From: Chiloscyllium plagiosum
Lineage: Eukaryota
DNA length: 64,000 bases
Assembly: GCF_004010195.1 (NCBI RefSeq)
Contig: NC_057719.1
Coordinates: 71,998,055 to 72,062,054 of the forward strand
Reading direction: 5' to 3'
The position numbers were made by a program, and so were the translations under genes. The notes beneath the pieces were generated by a model. It was not told the origin of the DNA and did not search any database. It was given only the letters and a program-made list of their open reading frames with translations. Each line of letters opens with the position of its first letter. The stretch's first letter is position 1. Below, in pieces: positions 27,131-39,243 of the stretch.

Positions 27131-27714
27131 ACACAAGTTGAAAACAAAGCTTGATGGCAACATTACTTTCACCTACACTTCACATTTAGGATAGCAGCAC
27201 ATGCATACCCATTTGATATTTACCCAAATTATCTCAGGAGTGAAATCGTAATAATGTTCAACAACAAAAGAAGACATTGCAACTTAAAAATCTTATCAAT
27301 ATTCATAAGACACACCTTCAAACTTGGGATATTGTAGTTTTTTTGAATATCAGAAATTCTCTTTTCTTACCAATTATCTATTCTGGAGATAAAAGAAATT
27401 TGGAAAAGAAAGTCTGGACCCCACTCAAACATTACCTAAGAAGTCATCACAGAGTCCAGTCATTAAAATTGTCAGAATCTTGGGAACTTTACCAGCAATC
27501 TGTAAGACTTTTCACTTAGACTGTGGTTTTCCTTCACTTGTGTAACTCATAAGAATTTAACCTAGGTTTAGGGATTGCATTCCACAATCCTCATTCCTGT
27601 GAGCTATGCATAGCAATATCCTTGAGCTTCAAGAAAAAATAATAGCTTGCTTTTGACACATCACAGACAACTCTGATCTTGTCTTCCAGTAATGTCCATG
27701 CATGTACTTCAAAC

Positions 27715-28915
27715 AAAGTTAAAAATCACACAACACCAGGTTATGATCCAACAGGTTTGTTTGGAAGCACTGGCTTTCAGAACACTGCTCCTTTATCAGG
27801 TAGCTGTGGAGCAGGACCATAAGACACAGAATTTATAGCAAACGATTACAGTGTCATGCAACTGAAATAATACATTGAACAAACGTAGATTGTTGTTAAG
27901 TCACAGGTATATAGGTTAGTGAAGAAGGCATTTAGTATGCTTTCCTTTATTGGTCAGAGTATTGAGTACAGGGGTTGCGAGGTCATGTTGCAGCTGTACA
28001 GGACATTAGATAGGCCACGTTTGGAATATTGCATGCAATTCTGGTCTCCTTCCTATCGGAAATATGTTGTGAGCTTGAAAGGGTTCAGAAAAGATTTACA
28101 AGGATGTTGCCAGGGTTGGAGGATTTGACTGAAAAAGGAAGTGGTGGAGGCTGGTACAATTGCAACATTTAAAAGGCATCTGGATGGGTATATGAATAGG
28201 AAGGGTTTGGAGGAATATGGGCAGGGTGCTATCAGGTGGGGCTAGATTGGGTTGGGAAAGATGGTCAGCATGGGTGAGTTGGAACGAAGGGTCTGTTTGC
28301 ATGCTGTGCAGCTCTATGACTCTAAGCCTTTCATCTTTTAGGATGGGTTGCAGGTTTCAGTTCATTAATATGTAAATCCCAGAACTTTTTTTAAGTCACA
28401 TTTTTGAGTTAACTTAATGTTTTATAACCTTAAACAGACCATTGTTCGTAGCAACTGCCCAGCCTTCAGGATAACATCGACCACAACACCGTACAACCCT
28501 GTCATGGCAACCACTGCAAGACAGGTCAGTGTCAACAGGAATACCACAATTACTCATGGGGACACCACTTACCGTGTATATGACCGAGCAGACGCTATAA
28601 CAATGGAAGAATGGACACCCCGCAATAATCACCAGGCAGGGGTGTTCCCTCCCAGTCGGGGAACACTTCAGTAGTCAGGGACATTCGGCCTCAGATCTTT
28701 GGGTGACCATCCTCCAAGGCGGATTTTGGATATGCAACAATGCAGAGTGGCCAAGCAGCGGCTGATAGCCAAGTTCAGTACCCATGAAGATGACCTCAAC
28801 CAGGACCTTAGATTCATGTCACACTACAGATGACTCCATAATACATTCTCACAAATACACCCACACACATACATACACACACTTCTACATACTCACACAC
28901 TCATGCAGACTCTTA
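27715..28915. mobile_element. Penelope-like element (inverted terminus plus GIY-YIG C-terminal region), interrupted by CR1
   Basis: The inverted terminus matches 10160-10360. Plus strand reads PCHGNHCKT and RLIAKFSTHEDDLNQDLRFMSHY, followed by a CA-rich stretch. Confidence 0.85.
27901..28326 (+). mobile_element. HER1/CR1 3' fragment nested in Penelope
   Basis: VKKAFSMLSFIGQSIEY...LEYCMQFWSP, tail ctctatgactct, and taag at both junctions. Confidence 0.9.
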
Positions 28916-31624
28916 ATAAGAATAGTCAGGGCTGGAATGAGTCAAATTAAATAACAAATGTATACAAAAAAAGTAACTGTAAAGGTACAATTGCAAACAA
29001 CTTATGAAACTTCTAATAAAATTGGTCTCAATTAACTCAGTACAACATCTACATCCATTTCCTTTTTGTTCTAAAGATTCTAATACATTAATGTCATTAT
29101 CCTTCATTAGCTTTGTGTAGGCCGTATGCAGACTGTTTTCTCACAACAGTTCTAACCAGTCAATGCATATTGCAAATTGCTCTCCTCACAAAGCTGGCAT
29201 AAACTCAATGGGTTAAATGGCCTCCTTCTGAGTTTTAAAAGACTGTATAAGAGATAGTTGTTTTCACTATGTAGCATGAGCAAGGTTCCTAAGAGATTTT
29301 ATCTTGAAACGAAAACCTGTTAAAGTGTATTGAAACACTTCATATATATCATAGATCATGGTTAAAAAAAAACTCCATGATATTGAGGTTGTAGAAGTGC
29401 AATGTCACCTAATGTATCTAATTCATAAAAACAAAGGGCTAGATTTTTAGTACAAAGCTAGTCATGAGGGCAGCAAAATCATAATATTATTCTAAATCTA
29501 GTTGAGACTGTAGCTACCTAAAAATAATATTTTGATGGTTTGCTTCAATAAAAAAAAGTCTACCTTGGAGGGATGTATGTGACACAGTTTCAAACTTGCA
29601 AAGCATGTTCTTATTCCTGTTATTATTACGATGAAGCTCCCAGACATTGCTCAGGTTTAACCTAACCTTAGCTGTTTCAAACTATAGCTTTCCTTGCCTA
29701 TTTTCACAAACAACAGACATTGAACTTAAAAAAAATCAGAATTACAGCTACAACAAAACTCAGCCAAAGCTCATATATTATTAATTAGCTACATTAGGTG
29801 ACATTGCACTTATACCACCTCAATCTCTTGGAGTACTTTTTAAGCATGATCTATGGTATACTTAAAGTGTTTTAAAACAGCAATATTTTCCAGTATAAAA
29901 GGTGGAAATTGAAAAAAGATGATAAAGCCATCGCGCAAGCAAATATTGTCATTCACACTCATCACATGTCAAATGAGAGCCGAGTAAGATGTAGTACAGG
30001 CAAGTATATCAAATAGTTGGAAATCATAGATCCAACGTAAGTTTTATTGACCAACTATACTAAAGCTGGTCTATTGAATAGATCAGCTATGTAGCAAAGA
30101 TAAAATTGATTCCAATCATCTGTGTTTAATATCATGTTTAAAAGCAATGGCTAGTGGCATAAATAGTTCCAGTACAACAGTGTTAGACTAAAGCTGGAAT
30201 ATCTGTCGCCAAGTAGCAATTACTAACTACTGCTCCCTTGTATATGAGCAGAACAGTGGCTAAACAAAATGACCATCACAGCTCTGAAATACATAAACTA
30301 AAAGGATTTAATTCACAACACTGACATTTGTACTGAATTTCAACCACAAAACTTGTGTCCCAGCTACTGGTCAGAGGTGACTATTAACCTCAGCATTAAC
30401 TGTGAGGAAGCTGCTCTATTAAGAGGTTTTTATTTCTGGTGTACAGAAGAGAATTTCACGTTTATTTTTGAAAACAATTTCATGTTAATTCATGCAGTGC
30501 TAACTTCACAGTGTTCCAAGTGTTACCCTATGAGGGCACTTGCCTGCTATTCCAAGGTTTGAAAGTATGTTACATCTTTGCATTATTGATCTGTGCTGAA
30601 ATACAAAACAACAATTTGTACCAAATCTTGTTCTGAATAATGTTTTTTTTCACAAAGAACATGAAGTATTGCAGTTAGCAACTGGACTCAGTCCAGTAAA
30701 TTTGCACATGTTAAAATATATCTAGTTATCTCTGGAGTGAAAGAAGAAATATGTGTCTTCACTACAGATTAATTCCATTGCAGAATCAAGATTACTAAAA
30801 TTATAAATAAAATAAGATGACATTTTCACCTGTTTCTCCTTTAAAGCTTTTCACTTTAATTAAATAAGATAAACAAATACCTAGACTTGACTTATATTTA
30901 ATTTCCTAAGTAACTCATATTGTGGCTGATCTTTTTAAATTATGCATATTATAAATGGACTGAAATTAATTATTTGAAATCTCTTGAATTGCTAAGTTTT
31001 AGCTATTTTTGATCTCTAATCTCATTTTACTTTAAGTAGAATGAGTTAGCTATCTTTTAACCCCTCAAATATCAGAACAGATTGACAATTGATGATTAAT
31101 GGTGCTCAGATGAATTATTCTATGATGCTGCTATCACCAACTAGACTGTGTTCTTTGCCTGATATCTAATTAAGGTTCCTACTAAAGTGAAGATTTTAAA
31201 GGACCATGCACCCATATAGCAAGGAGGGAGTTTCCAAGGAAAGAAATACAATGGCTGAAATATATGTCATCAGTAGTTGTTAAAAAGGAAGGGTTAGCAA
31301 ATGGATATAGTGCATTTGGATTTTCAAAAAAGCATTTGAGGATGCCCCACAAGATGTTATTATATAAAACCAAGGATCATTAAATTGACAGAAATATGTT
31401 AACATGAATTTGTGAACAGGCTGCAAACAGAGTAAGAATAAATAAGTCATTTTCAGTTTTGTCTCTAGTAACTAGTAAGATAGCAGAAGGATTGTGCTTG
31501 TCCATCAGCTATTTACAATCTATATCAATGCCTTATGTGAGGGGACTGTAATGTGTGCAAGATGCTGAAAGTACAAAGTTAGTTGTGAGGAAGGTACGAA
31601 GAAGCTGCAAACATATGCTGAGAA

Positions 31625-31835
31625 AAAAAGAAATTACTCGCAAAATTCTGGAATCATCTGTGGGAAGAAAACAGAGTTAACGTTTCAAATCCAGTGACTC
31701 CTCATCAGAACTTCATCAGTTACCGGACTCGAAACATTAACTCTGCATTCTTCTCACAGATGCTGACAGACCTGCTGACTTTCACCAGCAATTTCTATTT
31801 TGTTTTAGATCTCCAGTATACATAGTTCTTTGTTC
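31625..31835. mobile_element. Penelope-derived hairpin element
   Basis: Inverted arms catctgtgggaagaaaacagagttaacgtttc / gaaacattaactctgcattcttctcacagatg. Confidence 0.8.
31674..31710 (-). ncRNA. Minimal hammerhead ribozyme-like core
   Basis: Minus strand reads CTGATGA-GGAGTC-ACTG-GATTT-GAAAC-GTTAAC. Confidence 0.55.
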
Positions 31836-32225
31836 AATACAAAAAGATGAAAATTGGTTAAGTGGGCAAGTCAGTTGCAGGTGAAATATAAATATAACAA
31901 AGCTTCAGTGACACATTTGAAAGGAAAAGTAGAAAGGCAAAATATCTTTTTTATGGTGAAAAACTGGGACATTTTCAGTAGGATCCTTCAACTCAATCCA
32001 AACAAATTAACATGTAGGTACAGCAAGTAATTTTAAAATGTTTATTTTTATGTTTCTGAGGGGATTTAAAAGGCAGATTGGAATACAAGAGTCATCAAGT
32101 CTCAATAAAAATTTATAAGAGTGAGACCACATCCAGAGTGTTGTGTAAGATTGGGTTTTTGTGTCTAATGAAAGATGTACTTAAACAGAATGCAAAGAAA
32201 GCTCACTAGATTAGCTCCTGGAATG

Positions 32226-32520
32226 CCTCGGAACACTTCAACCCCAGGGCATCAATGTGGAGTTCGCCAGTTTCCTCATTTCCCCTCCCTCCACCTTACC
32301 TCAGTTCCAACCTTCCAGCTCAGCACTGTCCTCATGACCTGTCTTACCTGCCAATCTCCCTTCCCACCTATCTGCTCCACCCTCCCCTCTGACCTATCAC
32401 CTCCATCCCCACTCGCATTCACCTATTGTACTCTTTGCTACCTTCCCTCACCCTCCCCTCTGACCTATCACCTCCTTCCCCACCCCCATTCACCTATTGC
32501 ACTCTTTGCTATCTTCTCCT
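32226..32520 (+). mobile_element. Penelope 3' fragment with ~60-bp internal duplication
   Basis: ctcggaacacttcaaccccagggcatcaatgtggagttc (LGTLQPQGINVEF, end of the GIY-YIG ORF), then a C/T-rich UTR with ccctctgacctatcacctcc repeated. Confidence 0.8.
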
Positions 32521-33514
32521 TTTGCATTTTCTACTCAAAAGATGTCGAAGACCTTGGGTCCTGATGGATTTCGGGCTAGAATCTTAGAATAACTCATGAA
32601 ATTGTTGATGCATTGATGTTAATTTTCCCAAACTCACAGTTCACTCTTCCCTTTGATGGGAAATAGTTAATTTAATTATTTTATTCAAAAAGGGAGGGAG
32701 ACAGAAGGCATGAAATTACAGTCCAGTTAGCTTAACATCTATGATATGGAAAATGTTAGAAGTTATTATTAAAGACATTATAACAGGGAACTTAGATAAT
32801 TTCAAGGTAGTCAAGCAGGGTCAACATGGTTTTGTCAAAGAGAAATCATGTTTATTGGAATTCTTTGAAAAAGTAAGTCATGGTGCAGATAAAGGGGAAC
32901 CAGTGAATGTAGTGTACTTAGATTTCCAGAAGACAATTGATATTGTACCACATCAATGGAAATTGTGGAAAATAAAAGCTCATGGAAACACATTGGCAAG
33001 AACAGTGGCTGGTTAACAGGAATCAGAGAGTAGGAATAAGTGGGTCTTTTCAGGCTAACAAGATGTTATGAGGGGTTCAGTGATAGGTCCTCAACTTTTT
33101 TACAATTTACATACATGATTTGGATGAAGGGGCTGAAGACAATAGTTAAGTTTGCTGATGATTCAAAGATAGATCAGAAAGTGAGTTTTGTAGAGGATAT
33201 AAGGAGCCTACAAAAGGATATAAATAAGCTAGGCGAGTGAACAAAGATCTGGAAATGGAATACAATGGTAGAAAGAATGAATTTGTCCACTGTGGTACAA
33301 AGAATAAAACAGAAACATATCTAAATGTGAGAGGTTGCAGAGCTCTGAGATGCAGAGAGATCTAGGTGTCCTAATGCATGAATCATTGAAGGTTAAAATG
33401 CACATACAGCAAGTAACCAGGAAAAATAATAGAATGTTATATTTTATTGTGAAGAGAATCATTGCAAAAAAAAGAAGGTAATGCTTCAATTAATAAAGGC
33501 TTCATCTGTACTGG

Positions 33515-33722
33515 TCATAGTCTTACTGGAGCATAGGCTGCTCTCTTATCAAACAGAGAAGACTGGTGATACTTTAACCTGAGGGTCACCATACCTTAGG
33601 TGAGGGGAGAAGCTGATAGGGAGTCTTTCATAGTAACCTCAGCTGTTGTTGGAAATGAACTCATGCTGTTGGTGTTACTGTGTAGTGCAAATCAGCTGCC
33701 CAACCAACTGAGCTAACTAATC
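33515..33722 (-). mobile_element. Older tRNA-derived SINE (same family as 12968)
   Basis: tttaacctgagggtcacc...cccaaccaactgagctaact. Confidence 0.65.
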
Positions 33723-33906
33723 TCCCCATTGTGTTGCGTATGCAATTAAACTAATTACTAAACACATGTCCTCCTTATCGTTCTATCAACAGGCTCTGCT
33801 GAATAGAACAGTTATCAAATTAGTTCATTCAACAGTGACCTGTACAAAAAATCGAGGAATATTGATTCAGGTGTAGACAGGTCAGACACAGCTGGTGAAT
33901 TATAAC

Positions 33907-34149
33907 AGAGTATTATACTGGGGGTAGGTTGTCTTAAATCTGCTGCTAAAATTCTAAAACCTAAACCCTAACCCACCTCCTGCTTCAACCCTCAGTTTAT
34001 AGAAAAGGGAAGGAGAAAGTGAGGTCTGCAGATGCTGGAGATCAAAGAGTATTATACTGGGGGTAGGTTGTCTTAAATCTGCTGCTAAAATTCTAAAACC
34101 TAAACCCTAACCCACCTCCTGCTTCAACCCTCGGTTTATAGAAAAGGGA
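33907..34149 (+). repeat. 104-bp direct duplication flanking a 35-bp Penelope terminus
   Basis: 33907-34010 matches 34046-34149 with one mismatch. The spacer is aggagaaagtgaggtctgcagatgctggagatcaa. Confidence 0.95.
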
Positions 34150-37100
34150 CAAGAGCTAAGCAGCCAATCCCTTTCATGGAGGTAGACTGTCCATTTAAAT
34201 ATTATAATATGGCTTGTAGCATCCAACTTAGCTCGAGCTCAGGAAAGCTCTATCTGAAATGAGAGGACAGCTTCTGCGAGAAGGGAAGCCTCTTTACAGC
34301 ACTGTTTCCGCAGTTTCATTCATTAATGCATAAGATACAGAAAATAATGTCTTTAAAATGTTTTAAGTATCTGTACTCTACCAATAATAAATTCTGTTTG
34401 AGTCTACACGTATGAAAATCTAATATATCCAAGTTTTCTCTTCTCCATATCCCAGTTTCACTGAATTATACTATTATCAAGACATTTTTAGTTCTGTTCT
34501 GTGTAAGTGGCATTTGCATCCAGCAAATTCTTCCCAGCAGTGAAACATTAATCTGATTAGAATGCCATTTAATTTCATCATTATCAATGGAACAATTGCT
34601 TTGTTTGTCTGTGTTTGAAGCTATGGCCAATTGACAGCTCTGCTCCTCCTGATTACCCTCTTCAAAAGGCACAACATCCCAGAGCACACTGACTATTGTT
34701 AAGAAGGCTGTAGACACTGACCTATATTAAAGTCTTCTACCATATAGCACTGAGCAGGAAGTAGGATTCCTATAGCCTATACAGGCAAGGAAGATTCCTG
34801 TTCTACAAATAATGGTCTAAATACTTCAATCACATTAAAACCAACTTGCATTGAGGAAACACACATTATAGCAGAACCAACTGTATTATTAAACCATGGG
34901 GTGCTTCAGAGAATTTTAACTCTGCCAGTAAAACCCAAACATTAGCCTTTAAAAGCCAACCTCAGATTTTCCATTGTGGTCATCAGCATGTTTACTGGAA
35001 AATGGAATCTGGATGAAATTTTCCACTGGCTTGAGTGGAATGGGCAGTTGTGAGAAAGTGGGAAATATGATTAAAATAGAAAAATCAGATTCTCGACGTC
35101 AAGGAAAAATTTCTGATATTCCTCTTAAGGTTTAAATGGCAAGATCAGGATCTCACTAATGAGCAACATTATTTATTTGCATCCCATTAGTCAAACTCCC
35201 CTAATTTCTATGCATCTTCCAATTCTCCTCTTCTTCTCTGAGAAACTAGACAACATGGAAGTCAATGTGGTTGCCTGACAGCAGCAACTTGCCACTTGCT
35301 ACTCTGGGCCTTCAGTCAACTCTGTCTTCACTGCAATGTCTCACCTGCTCCATAAGCACCATGCCACTCCACCTACTTGCTTCTGCTAGATCACTTTGTA
35401 TTCGGACACGTTCACAGATCTACACAGTATGCAGGAATGATGGGGTGAATTACCTCCTTCAGCACCTTAACAATTCAGTTATTGTGTATCTAATGGCTCT
35501 TATTTACTTGTCTTAGTGCTGACTCACTCTGTGCTTCAAACCAAAAATAGTACACAACAGGGAACTTTCTGTAACTGGCTTCCAAAATTGTGGTTAAGGA
35601 CGTCAAGTGAGGCCGCAGGCTGAAAAACTAGAGTTGCAATGGCCAACCAAGATACAGCAGTGTGATCCTGCTATAACAGATACCCTCTCTTCATAGTTCC
35701 ACAGTCCTTCCCTCCACCCCCATCCCTACCACACCAGTCTCTACTCTCACAGGTTTCCACCTCTCTACCTCCACTTTTATAATTCTCTAACCTCTCCCCT
35801 GCTCCCTACCCCTTTCTCCTCCCATGTTCACAGGACTCACTGAGCAGTCACAACAATTTTCAAGCTGCCAGTGGAGAAAGGTTTGGTAAACATTGATTTA
35901 AAAATGAGACTAGACTTTGCATGTCTGAAATTAAGAAATGCATGGACATAAAAAAGGAGCAGACATTTGGAATTCTCTTCTGCAAATGACATCATTGTTA
36001 CTCAATTCGTCATTAAATTGAAATTAAAGTTTGGTCACTATTTGTTAATTGAAAATAATGAGTCGTAGGGACAAAGCAGATATATGGAGTTATTTAGCAG
36101 CTTAACCAGAAATGTTTTGACTGGTGCAATAGGCTCAAGGAGTGAAAGGATCTCCTCATGTTACTAGGCACATAACATTTGTCAGGGACAAACTTTTAAA
36201 ATCTGCTGTCTAACTTTTCAAATTATTTCACAAGTGTGCCAAAAAGGATATTGTAAGAAGTGGCTAAAAGAGGTTTTGTTGGAGAAATGTCCCATTTCCA
36301 ATAAACTTCGTACACAGACCTTGTGAAATCGACACTTTTTTTAATTTCATGATATAGTGGGAAGAGGTCAACGACCAGTCAACTCGGAATGATTGTTCAA
36401 CACTAATGAGTCATAATCTTCCCACTCAGCTACTGGCGTGTACAGTTTATGAACAGTTACAAATGGCTGTTTGCTTATTACAGATCAATACAGGTCTAAC
36501 TACGATAGATAGTTTAACAGTATTAAAAAGGTGAACAATACTACTGGTCTAACAACAATTGATACTGATCATGTTCATGATCATGAGCATCCTAGTGGTC
36601 AGTGACTATCAATATTAAATAGTCTGGTGACATCTTGTCTGCAGGGTATTAGAGAGGGTCCCATGGAGAGAGAGACCCCTCAAGGACTCAGCAATGCAGA
36701 GGTACAACAGCATTGTCAGTGAGACAGTCCAATTAGTGGGTCATTTAACTAATTTGTTTCCTCCAGTCAGGGAAATAACTTTCACAGCCAATTTCTGTGA
36801 ATGGTTTCAGCAAATTAGCTAGCATATTTCCTCTAAGCAGGGAAAATGCTCCCACAGTCAAAATGGTTTCCCTTCTCTTACAAGTTTCCATATAGTCCAG
36901 CAAAGTGTTATTGAGATATCCTGGAAAACACTACATAGTGCACATGCTGACATTACAGAGTCGAGCTCCAGCCAACAAGGTCATAAATCTCATCAAGAAT
37001 AACAATTCTAAGATTGGCTTCACATAAGCAGAACCTTTCAAATAAAAAGATAAAGGCATTTAAAATGCAAAATGTAATAACCTTGCCCCTTGCCTGATGC

Positions 37101-37343
37101 ATGGTCACCCTCAGGTTAAACCACCAACAGTCGCTGTCTGTCTCTAATGGGAGAGCAGCCCTTTGGTGACTTTACCTTTCATAACACAATGATTCTGAAT
37201 GGGTAATGTTGAATTTCCATTAGCTGCACCCAATCAGATGATTACACACAATCTTTGGGTAAAGGCAGTGAGTTCTACACCAGCCTTCCCAGTGAACAGA
37301 TGTATTCTGTCCAGCTCCAGAGAATCCTAGTAAATCTGTCTAG

Positions 37344-37476
37344 GATTATTAATTAGAAGTTCACTCAGGAAGCTTTTTTTGAATTGAAAAGTGTTGAACC
37401 AATCCAGCTTAATCATTTTCAACCAATTTTGCCCCATTAGGCTTGGGCCCAAAACTTTTACTATAGTTAGTGGTAA
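37344..37476 (-). repeat. 133-bp inverted copy of Gypsy internal segment 38365-38497
   Basis: Reverse-complement match with 2 mismatches. Confidence 0.95.
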
Positions 37477-38529
37477 TCATAGTAAGTACAACTCACTAGT
37501 AATGTGAGTTGTACTTACTGCTATCATGCTATAAACTATCTTGTTAACTAATACAAGTATCTCTTCTGTTTAATCTCATGAGTGGTCTATTCTCTGCTCC
37601 TGTAGTGGTTATAACAAGGTCAGACAGGTTGACAACATAATCTAGTTGTTAATCTGCACCAATCAGGGAGCTCTGCCTGAAAAAATAACAACAGGATAGT
37701 CAGACACTCTGACATTCTGAAAGCTGGCTCTGAAGGAGCTAGACCAGTGTCAAGAGCTTGTAAATAAAGACTGACTTGGTGTTGGAATACTCTCCTCTGT
37801 GGTGTTATTTCAGTGGCGACGTTAGTAAAACATGTTCCTAAAGAAACTTGCTTATAACAGTTGTCTTTGAGTGGGGATAAGCATTTTTCACAACATGCTG
37901 TTATTTGAGAAGTTTGATTTATTCAAAACCCAAAAACAAAACAAAACCTCACCTGTAAGGTTAAAACTTTCTTCATGGTCAGGCTGGTAAGCCATTGTAG
38001 TTGGAGCCAATAAGCAGACAGGAGACAGTAAGAGTCCCACTAGACCTAAAGAGAACTCATAGACCAGTATCCAGGAGAGTGTACACCCTGGAAAGTCCAC
38101 CTGTGTCTGGTTTGGAACAGTTAAATTGCTTAGTAACATCCAAATCAGAACCAATCAAAATTAACATCTGGCTAAATCGTATCCCAGTTCTGATGCAGGT
38201 TGACACTAGCATGGCCATTTCAGTGATTACAGAACCAGTTCGTAACAAAATTCATTCTGGATTCCAAACCTTAAGTTTGTCAAGCCCTCGGCTAGACTGA
38301 GAACTTATACCAGGGAACCTTTACAACTTCGGTTCCAGTCTCTTATGAGAAGCAGCTGGCTTAGTTACCACTAACTATAGTAAAAGTTTTGGGCCCAAGC
38401 CTAATGGGGCAAAATTGGTTGAAAATGATTAAGCTGGATTGGCTCAACACTTTTCAATTCGAAAAAAGCTTCCTGAGTGAACTTCTAATTAATAATCATA
38501 GTCTTTTCGCAAACATCTAGGGACTATCA

Positions 38530-38625
38530 AAGGAGTCGAGAATGTGGTGTTGGAAAAGCACAGTAGGTCAGGCAGCATCCAAGGTGCAGGAGAATTGGCA
38601 TTTTGGGCATAAGCCCTTCATCAGG
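38530..38625 (-). mobile_element. Penelope terminal fragment nested in Gypsy pol
   Basis: gtggtgttggaaaagcacagtaggtcaggcagcatcc...gcccttcatcagg. Confidence 0.85.
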
Positions 38626-38980
38626 AGCCAAGGAATCTTGACCAGGAAGCAGTTGCACGATTCTGCAAGGCCAACCCAGTGCATTTGCTTTACGGGCAAA
38701 AGTAGAGGCCGAAATAAGGAGGCTGGAAGGTGAAGGAATCACCAAACCAGTCCAGTCTGCTGCAGGGCAGCACCAGTCATATTGAATGTGAAGCCCAACT
38801 GGTCGATTCACCTTTGTGGGGATTTTAAACAAATTGTAAACCACTTCTCACAGCTGAATAAACACCCAATCCTTCATAGAGAGGATTTATACACAAAGCT
38901 GGAAAAGGGGGGCTGTCCTTCACGAAGCTGGACATGAGCCATGTGCACTTGCAACTGCAGTTAGATTAGGATTCCCCGAA

Positions 38981-39243
38981 TTAGGTTAGATTGGTTAGAT
39001 TTCCTACAGTGTGGAAACAGGCCCTTCGGCCCAACACATCCACACCGACCCTCCGAAGAGCAACCCACCCAGACCCATTTCTCTCTGACTAATGCACCTA
39101 ACACTATGAACAATTTAGCATGGAAAATTCACCTGATCTGCACATCTTTGGATTGTGGAGAGGAAACCGGAGCACCGGGAGGAAATCCACGCAGACACGG
39201 AGAGAATGTGCAAACTCCACACAGGCAGTCACCCAAGGCTGGA
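38981..39243 (-). mobile_element. 5'-truncated HE1 SINE nested in Gypsy RT
   Basis: HE1 tail and body, with gaatta at both junctions. Confidence 0.9.

Larger units (their letters stand above)
31190..33500 (+). mobile_element. Two tandem decayed CR1 RT segments with nested Penelope pieces
   Basis: QHGFVKEKSCLLEFF, VYLDFQK and KFADDSK in ORFs 32741-33240. Similar remnants at 31190-32220. Confidence 0.8.

Noticed and set aside
33958..33975. aacctaaaccctaaccc as a telomeric repeat
   Set aside because: Only about two imperfect units, which is expected by chance.
36180..37080. Possible reverse-oriented solo LTR
   Set aside because: Could not define termini or a TSD.
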